Made by a program: the position numbers and the translations under genes
Part shown: positions 1 to 7,238 of the stretch, piece after piece
Position numbering within the stretch: position 1 is the first letter of the stretch
How the letters are laid out: each line of letters begins with the position of its first letter
NCBI GenBank assembly: GCA_043754515.1
Contig: JAYUUO010000124.1
Span: 1 to 12,604, forward strand
DNA length: 12,604 bases
Reading direction: 5' to 3'
DNA from: Armatimonadota bacterium
Lineage (GTDB): Bacteria; Armatimonadota; Armatimonadia; Armatimonadales; Armatimonadaceae
Notes under the pieces: model-generated
What the model was told of the DNA's origin: nothing
The model's input: only the letters and a program-made list of their open reading frames with translations
Database searches by the model: none

Positions 1-932
1 AGGTACTTCAGCATCAGCAGACCGGACAAGATCATTGCGGCGGGGTTAACCTTGTTCTGATTCTTGTACTTCGGAGCCGATCCGTGTGTCGCCTCGAAAA
101 GTGCCATTGTGTCGCCAAGGTTCGCGCCGGGGGCAACGCCTAACCCCCCGACAAGCCCCGCGCACAGGTCGGAGAGGATATCCCCGTACAGGTTCGGCAT
201 GACGAGCACGTCGTAGTTCTCCGGCTTCTGGACGAGTTGCATACACATCGCGTCTACCAGCCATTCGTCGTACTCGATGCCGTCCGACTTATACTCTTCG
301 GCGACCTCGCGGGCGACGCGGTAGAACAAACCGTCCGTAAACTTCATGATGTTCGCCTTGCAGACGGCGGTTACTTTTTTGCGGCCGTTCTCCTTCGCGT
401 ACTCGAACGCCGATTTCACGATGCGCCGCGTGCCGGTTATCGAGATCGGCTTGATGGAGATCGCCGCGTCGTCGCGTATCTTGCCGGGCTGCATGGCGAT
501 GATCTGTTTCGCTTCGGGCGAGTTGACGTCATACTCGACGCCCGCGTACAGGTCCTCGGTGTTCTCGCGCACGATGGTGATGTCAATGTTCTCGTAGCGC
601 GAGCGGACACCCTTGTACGATTTGCAGGGGCGTATGCAGGCGTATAGGTCGAGTTCCTTGCGGAGCGCGACGTTCACCGAGCGGAAGCCGGTGCCGATCG
701 GCGTGGTGATCGGGCCTTTCAGGGCGACTTTGTTCTTGCGGACGGATTCCAGCACGTTGGCCGGAAGCGGAGTCCCGGCGGTCTCCATAATGTCCACGCC
801 CGCCTCGACCACGTCCCAGTTGAAGGACGAGCCATATTTCTCGACGGCGGCTTCGAGCACGCGGCGGGTTGCCTCTACTAGTTCGGGACCGGTGCCATCG
901 CCACGTATGAGGGTAACGTTATGTACTGCCAT
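1..932 (-). CDS. icd: Isocitrate dehydrogenase (isocitrate/isopropylmalate dehydrogenase family), probably NADP-dependent; 3' end lies outside the window
   Basis: Manual translation from ATG at 932 (GGAG SD upstream): [19 protein letters not shown]...[32 protein letters not shown]...[12 protein letters not shown]...[17 protein letters not shown]...[10 protein letters not shown]...[28 protein letters not shown]...[19 protein letters not shown]. The S-x-N-x-x-x-R motif is the isocitrate-binding pattern. The frame is open to the window edge. Confidence 0.93.
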   Translation of the reverse strand, partial: MAVHNVTLIRGDGTGPELVEATRRVLEAAVEKYGSSFNWDVVEAGVDIMETAGTPLPANVLESVRKNKVALKGPITTPIGTGFRSVNVALRKELDLYACIRPCKSYKGVRSRYENIDITIVRENTEDLYAGVEYDVNSPEAKQIIAMQPGKIRDDAAISIKPISITGTRRIVKSAFEYAKENGRKKVTAVCKANIMKFTDGLFYRVAREVAEEYKSDGIEYDEWLVDAMCMQLVQKPENYDVLVMPNLYGDILSDLCAGLVGGLGVAPGANLGDTMALFEATHGSAPKYKNQNKVNPAAMILSGLLMLKY

Positions 933-991
933 TATATATTTTCTCCAACTCGTATGAAAGAGGTTCGCGCACACGCGCCGGTAGTCCGGGT

Positions 992-1018
992 GACGTATGC
1001 GCGGTGCCTTAGGTTCGC
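992..1018 (-). promoter_or_regulatory. Candidate ECF-sigma-type promoter upstream of icd
   Basis: Minus strand reads GCGAAC-N17-CGTC, matching the generic ECF pattern (AAC at -35, CGT at -10), about 60 nt upstream of the icd ATG. The motif is short and could be chance. Confidence 0.25.
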
Positions 1019-1236
1019 TACGCGACGGCGCAATTCCTTTTTGTTGGGGCGAATAGGTGCGACGGACCGTGAACGTAGATCCCCTGGGGGTCAGGGTGCG
1101 CTTCGCCCGCCTTGCTATCAGACGCGCGGGATCGCTTGCTCGCGTGCCGCCTCGGTAGATGGCAGTTCGATGAACGGACTGTTTCGTCGCTGTTTAATGT
1201 TCATTCCCGAGGCGACGTAAGGTTAGCGGTTGAATA

Positions 1237-1773
1237 TCACGCGGTGGTCATGCGTCCCCGCCTTACACGCGCGACGGCGCACAATCCAAGAGTCACAACG
1301 CCCAAACCATAGCCGACCAGAGTGTTCGCTTCTGGTATGACGTGAATCTCGAACACGGCCGATCCTAAATCACCCAACACGCTACTGTCCGCCCCGCCGA
1401 GTAGTCGGATCACCCCGCTATCTGTTTGAACAGGCGCGTTCGTGGAGTTGACCGTGACTATTTGTGCTGGCGCATTCGCCGAGCCGTAAGAGGCACCTGG
1501 AGCGAGCGAGAACGGGATGTTCGTCGAGAGAGAGGCTTTGTCAACGACCACGCCGGCACCGCCAGAGAAAGTGAAAGTCGGTTCGTTGATAAAAACCGTC
1601 GCGTTCGTGTTGTTGATTATGTATCCCAACACGTTGACTGAATCCGTAGTTCCTAAGTTGTACGATTGCGGACTTATTTGGAACACAAACTGCGCATGAG
1701 CGGCGCGGCCCGTGAGCGACAGCGCGACGAAACAGGTTACGACGGAGACGAAAGAGCTTAGGGTCAAACGCAT
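1237..1773 (-). CDS. Secreted protein with a PEP-CTERM-like C-terminal sorting signal (IPEA variant), 178 aa
   Basis: ATG at 1773 preceded by AGGAG (the track's start at 1836 is probably too far upstream). Signal peptide MRLTLSSFVSVVTCFVALSLTGRAAHA-Q. C-terminus V-IPEANT + hydrophobic segment LVGYGLGVVTLGLCAVA + basic tail RVRRGR, which is the three-part exosortase-target layout. Confidence 0.85.
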   Translation of the reverse strand: MRLTLSSFVSVVTCFVALSLTGRAAHAQFVFQISPQSYNLGTTDSVNVLGYIINNTNATVFINEPTFTFSGGAGVVVDKASLSTNIPFSLAPGASYGSANAPAQIVTVNSTNAPVQTDSGVIRLLGGADSSVLGDLGSAVFEIHVIPEANTLVGYGLGVVTLGLCAVARVRRGRMTTA

Positions 1774-1800
1774 GGACACTCCTGGTGGGAAGGGGACCCC

Positions 1801-1826
1801 CGTACAGGCCCTCAAGGGCCTGTACG
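1801..1826 (-). repeat. Intercistronic stem-loop (11-bp perfect stem, 4-nt loop)
   Basis: CGTACAGGCCC-TCAA-GGGCCTGTACG. On the minus-strand RNA the stem can extend by G-U pairs. There is no U-tract, so it is not a classic intrinsic terminator. Confidence 0.7.
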
Positions 1827-1875
1827 AAGACTTCACCTAAGACCGATTTTCGATGGACTGAGACAGATGTGTATA

Positions 1876-4353
1876 TTAAGGCAATGTGATACGTGGCACG
1901 CTGCCGAAACTGCCGCCGGTGTAAGTGCCACCAACTGATAGAACCGCCGCCGCTCCTGGTAAGCCGATCGTAGCCGGGAACTGCAAGGTCGCGGATGCGG
2001 ATGCTCCTGGCGCGAGGGTTCCGGTGCCGAGCACCTGTGGCATGGATGACGTCGTGTTAGTCGTTATGGCACCTACCTTGATGCTAGCATCCGTGATCTT
2101 CAGGTTAGTGACCGTAGCCGACGAGGAGGACGGGTTCGTTACCTTGTAGTTGAGAATGATGTTCGCGCCTACTCGTGCGAATGATCGGGTCACCGTTAAC
2201 TGTTGCGAAGCCGCGACGATGTTCAACGCGTTATTGACTGTCACCGATTGCCCGTCCGGGTTAGTGAGCGTGAGACTTCGTCCCCCGGTGAGTGCGTTCG
2301 TATCAATGTCACATCGCACGCCCGCCACTGTAGGGCTGACGTACACCGCCTTCACGTTGCTGATACCCGCTCCGCTAAGAGTTGCTGTTAGTCGGTTCGC
2401 GAACCCTACGCCAGGGTCGAAAAAGCCTGTCCCGTTGATTACGAAAGAAACGCCGCTCTGCCCTACCTGGCCGGACCCCGCATACGGCGTGCTTATCGCG
2501 GCCGCTGTCGGCGCGGGGGCTTTCAGCTGCTGACCCCAGATCGCCCAGTTGTTGGTTGCCTGCGCGTACTCCTGGAAGGTCCACAGAGTCTGGTCGTCAT
2601 TCGGGTCAACGGCGGTGTAGCTGTAGTCCCCCCAGCGGTCCCTGCCACTATTGTAGTCCAGAGTATAAGAACCGGCTCCGGCCTTGACTAGCTGGATCGC
2701 CTGTAACGTCCCCGGCGCGTCCGTCGCGAGCCGCCCAGATGTGTATACACCGACGAACTCGGCGTTCTTGGATCCCGAGAAGCCGAGAGCGACATGTCCC
2801 TGGCCGGAGACGCTCACGCTAGGGTAGTAATAAAAGCGAGGGTCCGACGTGGCCGTGTCGAACACGCGCCCCGATTGAACAAGAGTCGCGGTAGCGTTGG
2901 TGATGTCCAGGTTCAGCCATTCGCAACCAGTTCGATCCGCGCTGGCACTGCCGCCGGACGAGTTGACGCCGACGTTTCGCGAAGCCCACAGTTGATTGCT
3001 CCGTACAACGGCCATCATAACCCTCATGTCGCCGACATTAATTGGGAGGCTAGCACTGGTGCCATTTGCAAGCGCATTTACGGGCTTCGCGAACGCCGGA
3101 GTCGTCAGTGTGGTTGTGCCGGAGAAGGACGCGGCCCCGCCGCTCCACGTCACGGTGCGATAGCGGAGGTTCGAGTACGTATTTTTGGAGGAGTAAACAA
3201 ACCATGCGCGTCCGTTCGCCGAGCCGTCCAGATTAAGGGCCGGTTGCGGAGTACCGTAGGCATCCGTAATGCCGGTAGATGAATAGACAGTGCCTAAAGA
3301 CGGCGATGCGGCAATGAGGGATGCCTTCGGTGTGGCGACAAGAGACGCAGACGAACCCGAAGAAGGGAACAAGGTAGCCCCGATATAAACTCCGTTGTCG
3401 TCCACCCCTAGTGAGGAATAGTCTGTGAAGTTACCGACCGCGCCGATAGGTATCACATACTTGTCCCAGGCCCCGGTCGGGTCGGAGGTACGCGAAACCG
3501 CCAGGATGACGTTGTTGTTGGTTTGGCCGTTGAGTTCCATATCCGTGGCGTACCACCGCGCACTCCGGCGGTCATAAAGGACACGGGGATCATAAGAACC
3601 ACCCCGCGGGTATGTGGTGCTAGCGACAACAACATTAAAGAAGGAATCGAGCGTCACCTGGCTGTTCGCGACGTAGGCACCGTTGGACTTGTTGTATATC
3701 GCCAAGCTGGCGTTCACGAATATCATCGCATGGTTCGGACCGACCGCGCCTTGCGTGTCCGGCGGGATGTATCCGGCAGTGGTGTTGAGTCTCAGCCCGT
3801 CAATACCAACAGCCCCTATACCTTGCGGGGCGTTGGAAGTGCCGCTGTTGACCATGAGTTGGTTGCGGCTCGTATCCTGCGTACCGACCGTCTTGCCGGG
3901 TTGGGATATAAAATGCCCTGCCTTATCTATGCCACCGATGAACGGCACGAGTGGAAAGATGACAGGCGTCTCGTCCTTACCAGGGAGTAATTTTGACCCC
4001 ATGGCCTTTTCGAGATCATCGCCAAAAACGTTGTCTATGACGCGTTGCTCAAACGGCAACCTTTTCCCGGCGCGTAGTAACTTCTGGTTCGGCGCGTCGC
4101 GCTTGACTATCTGAGCGAACGTATCAGTAAAGGGCTGGCTACCAGTCGAGATAACCGTTCCGGGAGTGCCCTCCGCCTTCTCCTGTGCCCGGGCGGAAGC
4201 GGCCGCGAGCAACAGCGTGGTTGACACGACAATGCCGATGGCGAAGGGGAAACGAAGCGCAGGATGGTTCCGATGCGAAAGCGATGATGCGCGGACAAGA
4301 CGCCGCGAAGGCCAAAAAATCATGGGACGGGTGCTTTCTACTGCGAATGTCAA
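1876..4353 (-). CDS. Large secreted protein of unknown function: signal peptide, PPD..GAVGPNH/RWGDYS core, Ig/IPT-TIG-like domain and ~110-aa C-terminal domain; start uncertain (TTG 4353 or ATG 4323)
   Basis: 825-aa ORF rich in S/T/G/N. Hydrophobic signal ending AAASARA-Q. Motifs PPDTQGAVGPNH, YDPRVLYD, DYSSLG, RWGDYS, DPNDDQTLW. Segment ~2206-2520 (FVINGTGF...LTLTNPDG) looks IPT/TIG-like. Ends GGTYTGGSFGSVPRITLP. Confidence 0.85.
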   Translation of the reverse strand: MTFAVESTRPMIFWPSRRLVRASSLSHRNHPALRFPFAIGIVVSTTLLLAAASARAQEKAEGTPGTVISTGSQPFTDTFAQIVKRDAPNQKLLRAGKRLPFEQRVIDNVFGDDLEKAMGSKLLPGKDETPVIFPLVPFIGGIDKAGHFISQPGKTVGTQDTSRNQLMVNSGTSNAPQGIGAVGIDGLRLNTTAGYIPPDTQGAVGPNHAMIFVNASLAIYNKSNGAYVANSQVTLDSFFNVVVASTTYPRGGSYDPRVLYDRRSARWYATDMELNGQTNNNVILAVSRTSDPTGAWDKYVIPIGAVGNFTDYSSLGVDDNGVYIGATLFPSSGSSASLVATPKASLIAASPSLGTVYSSTGITDAYGTPQPALNLDGSANGRAWFVYSSKNTYSNLRYRTVTWSGGAASFSGTTTLTTPAFAKPVNALANGTSASLPINVGDMRVMMAVVRSNQLWASRNVGVNSSGGSASADRTGCEWLNLDITNATATLVQSGRVFDTATSDPRFYYYPSVSVSGQGHVALGFSGSKNAEFVGVYTSGRLATDAPGTLQAIQLVKAGAGSYTLDYNSGRDRWGDYSYTAVDPNDDQTLWTFQEYAQATNNWAIWGQQLKAPAPTAAAISTPYAGSGQVGQSGVSFVINGTGFFDPGVGFANRLTATLSGAGISNVKAVYVSPTVAGVRCDIDTNALTGGRSLTLTNPDGQSVTVNNALNIVAASQQLTVTRSFARVGANIILNYKVTNPSSSSATVTNLKITDASIKVGAITTNTTSSMPQVLGTGTLAPGASASATLQFPATIGLPGAAAVLSVGGTYTGGSFGSVPRITLP

Positions 4354-4659
4354 TCAGGCGAATGCCTATCACCTACAACCAGCTTAATAATACCACAACT
4401 TCCTGGTGGTGTTACCAATCCTGCAAAAATATTCAGGAAAGGTGGGATATTGGTTTTCCTTGTCAGGCCTGTTTCCGATGCGCGGCGGGTAACATAGGCC
4501 TGGCTACAGTGGCAGGTGGATCTGCCTCTAGCAATGTTGTTCGCGCGCGCGACCGTGATCGAACTGGCACCGGGATGCGCTGGTGAGTCGGTAATTAAGC
4601 CGCCGATCGTCGTCCCCTGATCGCGATTAGTTAGTATTGTCCTAAGGAACCCTGAGCTT

Positions 4660-6129
4660 ATGAGTGAACTTGCCCCCTGCGTCTTCGTGCTATTCGGCGC
4701 GACCGGCGACCTCGCGAAACGTAAATTAGCCTCCGCGCTCTACGCCCTGCACCGTGATAAATGGCTCCCGGATTCGTTCGTGATCCTGGCGTATGCCCGC
4801 CGGGATAAGGATGACGCCGCCTTCCGCGAGGATATGCGAGCCGCCATTAAAGAGTTCGCGCCCAAGATGCCGAGCGATGGCCCGGAGTGGGATGCGTTCG
4901 CGGCGCGCATCTTCTACCAGAAGGGGGAGTTCGACAAGCCGGAGGGCTACGCCGCGCTGACGGAGCGACTGACCGAAATAGACGCGGAGCGCAAAGCCCC
5001 CTGCAACCGCCTGTTCTACCTCGCGATACCGCCGGAGCAGTACGAGACCGTGATCGAGCACCTGGGGAAGGCGAAGTTGAGCAAGACCACGCCTGGATGC
5101 GGCGCGTGGGTCCGCGTCATCATCGAGAAGCCGTTCGGCTACGATTTGGATACGTCACGAAGACTCAACGACACGCTCATCTCGTACTTCGGCGAAGACC
5201 AGACGTATCGCATTGATCACTATCTGGGCAAAGAGACGGTTCAGAACATACTGGTTTTCCGCTTCGCAAACGAGTTGTTTGAGCCGCTATGGAACCACAA
5301 ATATATTGACCATGTGCAAATTACCGTCGCCGAAACTATCGGGGTCGAGGGGCGGGGCAACTACTTTGACTCGTCCGGAATCGCACGGGACATGCTCCAG
5401 AACCACGCGATGCAGATCCTTTCCCTCATCGCCATGGAGCCGCCTGTTTCACTCGACGCGAACGCCATCCGCGACGAGAAGGTCAAGGCGGTTCGTGCGA
5501 TCCGTCCCATCACGAAGGACGTGGTACCGCACATGACGGTTCGCGGGCAGTACTCCGGGTACCGGACGGAAGAAGGGGTAAAGCCCGACTCGATCACCGA
5601 AACGTACGCCGCGCTCAAACTGCACGTGGACAACTGGCGTTGGGCGGGGACGCCGTTCTTCGTGCGCGCCGGGAAGTCGCTCCCCTCGCGCGTGACCGAG
5701 GTCGCAGTGCAGTTCAAGAGCATCCCGCAGGTGCTGTTCGCGAAGATGAAGCGAGACAACGTCCGCCCGAACGTGTTGGTGCTACGTATCCAGCCGGACG
5801 AAGGCATCCACCTTGTCATCGGTGCCAAGGAACCAGGACCGGCGATGAACCTCGCGCCGGTAGATCTGTCCTTCTCGTACCGCGAGGCGTTTCCTAAGGC
5901 GGCGATCACCGACGCCTACGAGCGACTACTGCTCGATGCCATCCGCGGCGACGCAAGCCTCTTCACGCGCGGCGACGAGGTGCAGGCGTCATGGGCACTG
6001 TTGACACCGATCCTGGAGGCGTGGCGCGAGCAGGGGCGCGACGTTCAGCCGTACTTCCCGAACACGTGGGGACCGGAGCGGGCGGAATCATTCCTCGGCG
6101 AAGGACGCGTATGGCGCGAGCCGAAGTAG
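4660..6129 (+). CDS. zwf: Glucose-6-phosphate 1-dehydrogenase
   Basis: 489 aa with GATGDLA dinucleotide-binding motif, LFYLAIPP, IIEKPFG, catalytic RIDHYLGKE, RDMLQNH, NWRWAGTPF and AYERLL. AAGGA upstream of the ATG. Confidence 0.98.
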   Translation: MSELAPCVFVLFGATGDLAKRKLASALYALHRDKWLPDSFVILAYARRDKDDAAFREDMRAAIKEFAPKMPSDGPEWDAFAARIFYQKGEFDKPEGYAALTERLTEIDAERKAPCNRLFYLAIPPEQYETVIEHLGKAKLSKTTPGCGAWVRVIIEKPFGYDLDTSRRLNDTLISYFGEDQTYRIDHYLGKETVQNILVFRFANELFEPLWNHKYIDHVQITVAETIGVEGRGNYFDSSGIARDMLQNHAMQILSLIAMEPPVSLDANAIRDEKVKAVRAIRPITKDVVPHMTVRGQYSGYRTEEGVKPDSITETYAALKLHVDNWRWAGTPFFVRAGKSLPSRVTEVAVQFKSIPQVLFAKMKRDNVRPNVLVLRIQPDEGIHLVIGAKEPGPAMNLAPVDLSFSYREAFPKAAITDAYERLLLDAIRGDASLFTRGDEVQASWALLTPILEAWREQGRDVQPYFPNTWGPERAESFLGEGRVWREPK

Positions 6130-6175
6130 GAGGAGCGTATGCGGCTCAGGGCACTGGCACGAGCAGTGTTGCCGG

Positions 6176-6225
6176 ATAAAGTTCGCGGGGCGGGGTATCG
6201 AGACACCCCGCCCCGCGAACTTTAT
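6176..6225. terminator. Probable bidirectional intrinsic terminator between convergent zwf and asd
   Basis: 21-bp perfect inverted repeat ATAAAGTTCGCGGGGCGGGGT-(8 nt)-ACCCCGCCCCGCGAACTTTAT. Each strand ends in a short TTTAT tail. The right arm includes the asd stop codon (6222-6224). Confidence 0.8.
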
Positions 6226-7238
6226 ATCGCGCCGCGCCGGATCAAAAGTTCCGCGATCTGATATCCATTCAGTGCCGCCCCCTTGAGTATTTGGTCGCCC
6301 GTGACGAATAGATCGAGTGCCTTCGGGTGCGACAGGTCCTCGCGGATGCGCCCGACTAAAACCTCGTCCTTGCCGCTGGCCTCAATGGGCATCGGGAATG
6401 TGTCCGCCGCGCGGTCGTCCACGACGCGCACGCCGGGGAAAGCCGCGAGGGCGTCTCGGGCGGCTTCCACCGACGGACGCTCCCCCGTAAACTCGATGTT
6501 GACACTCTCGCTGTGCGCACGGGGGATTGGGACGCGAATACAGGTAGCCGAGATCAACAGGTCAGGTTCGTGCAGTATCTTGCGCGTCTCGTTGACCATT
6601 TTCAACTCCTCCTCGTTATAACCGGTCTCATTGATCGGCGTGTTATGTGAGAACAGGTTGAAGGCTATCTGGTGGGGAAACACGGCTTTTGCTACCGGCT
6701 CTCCGGCGAGAACGGCGCGGGACTGCTCCTCTAACTCGCGCATTGCGGCCGCGCCCGCACCCGACGCCGCCTGGTACGTCGAGACAACGACGCGGCGTAC
6801 CGGGGAGAGCCGGTGGAGCGGCGTAAGGGCCATCAACAGGATGATCGTGGAGCAGTTTGGGTTGGCGATGATGCCCCGGTGCGCGAGCGCATCTTCCGGG
6901 TTGACTTCCGGAACCACGAGCGGGACGCCGGGGTCCATCCGGAAGGCAGACGAGTTGTCAATCACTACCGCGCCCGCCCCCGCCGCCGCGTGCGCGAACT
7001 CCTGGCTCCGCCCGCCGCCCGCGCTGAAGAACGCGATATCCATGCCGACGAACGAACCGGCGGTCAACTCCTCGACGCGAAGATCCTCGCCCCGGAACCG
7101 GATTGTCTTCCCCACCGAACGCTCGGACGCGAGCAGTCTGAGAGATCCCAGTGGGAAATCGCGCTCGGCGAGAAGGCGCAGAAACTCGGCACCGACGGCA
7201 CCGGTCGCGCCCGCGATGGCAACATGATACTTTTTCAT
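6222..7238 (-). CDS. asd: Aspartate-semialdehyde dehydrogenase
   Basis: VAIAGATGAVG, FFSAGG, VIDNSSAFRM, VVPEVN, catalytic IANPNCST, STYQAASGAG, CIRVPIPRAHSE, DQILKGAALN. The ATG at 7238 overlaps the upstream kinase stop (TGATG), with AGGA just upstream. Confidence 0.98.
   Translation of the reverse strand: MKKYHVAIAGATGAVGAEFLRLLAERDFPLGSLRLLASERSVGKTIRFRGEDLRVEELTAGSFVGMDIAFFSAGGGRSQEFAHAAAGAGAVVIDNSSAFRMDPGVPLVVPEVNPEDALAHRGIIANPNCSTIILLMALTPLHRLSPVRRVVVSTYQAASGAGAAAMRELEEQSRAVLAGEPVAKAVFPHQIAFNLFSHNTPINETGYNEEELKMVNETRKILHEPDLLISATCIRVPIPRAHSESVNIEFTGERPSVEAARDALAAFPGVRVVDDRAADTFPMPIEASGKDEVLVGRIREDLSHPKALDLFVTGDQILKGAALNGYQIAELLIRRGAI

Noticed and set aside
237..957. Plus-strand ORFs 237..647, 346..597 and 613..957
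   Set aside because: Antisense shadows of the clearly recognisable icd gene.
975..1020. Minus-strand CCTAAGG...CCGGACTACCG resembles the 3' half of a c-di-GMP-I riboswitch
   Set aside because: The 5' elements (GGCAAAC, GNRA-capped stem, GCAAAGC) are absent.
1036..1056. TTTTTGTTGGGGCGAAT resembles part of the c-di-AMP (ydaO) riboswitch
   Set aside because: The other conserved blocks are missing, and it is on the wrong strand for the flanking genes.
1774..1836. Longer N-terminus for the PEP-CTERM-like protein, as given in the ORF track
   Set aside because: The ATG at 1773 has an AGGAG SD and starts a clean signal peptide; the extension runs through a hairpin.
1237..4353. Horizontally acquired island (these genes look slightly less GC-rich by eye)
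   Set aside because: Not quantified, explicable by Asn/Thr/Tyr-rich composition, and no integrase, tRNA or flanking direct repeats are present.
4185..4586. Plus-strand ORFs across the divergent intergenic region
   Set aside because: They overlap the secreted-protein gene antisense, have no SD and show no protein-like motifs.
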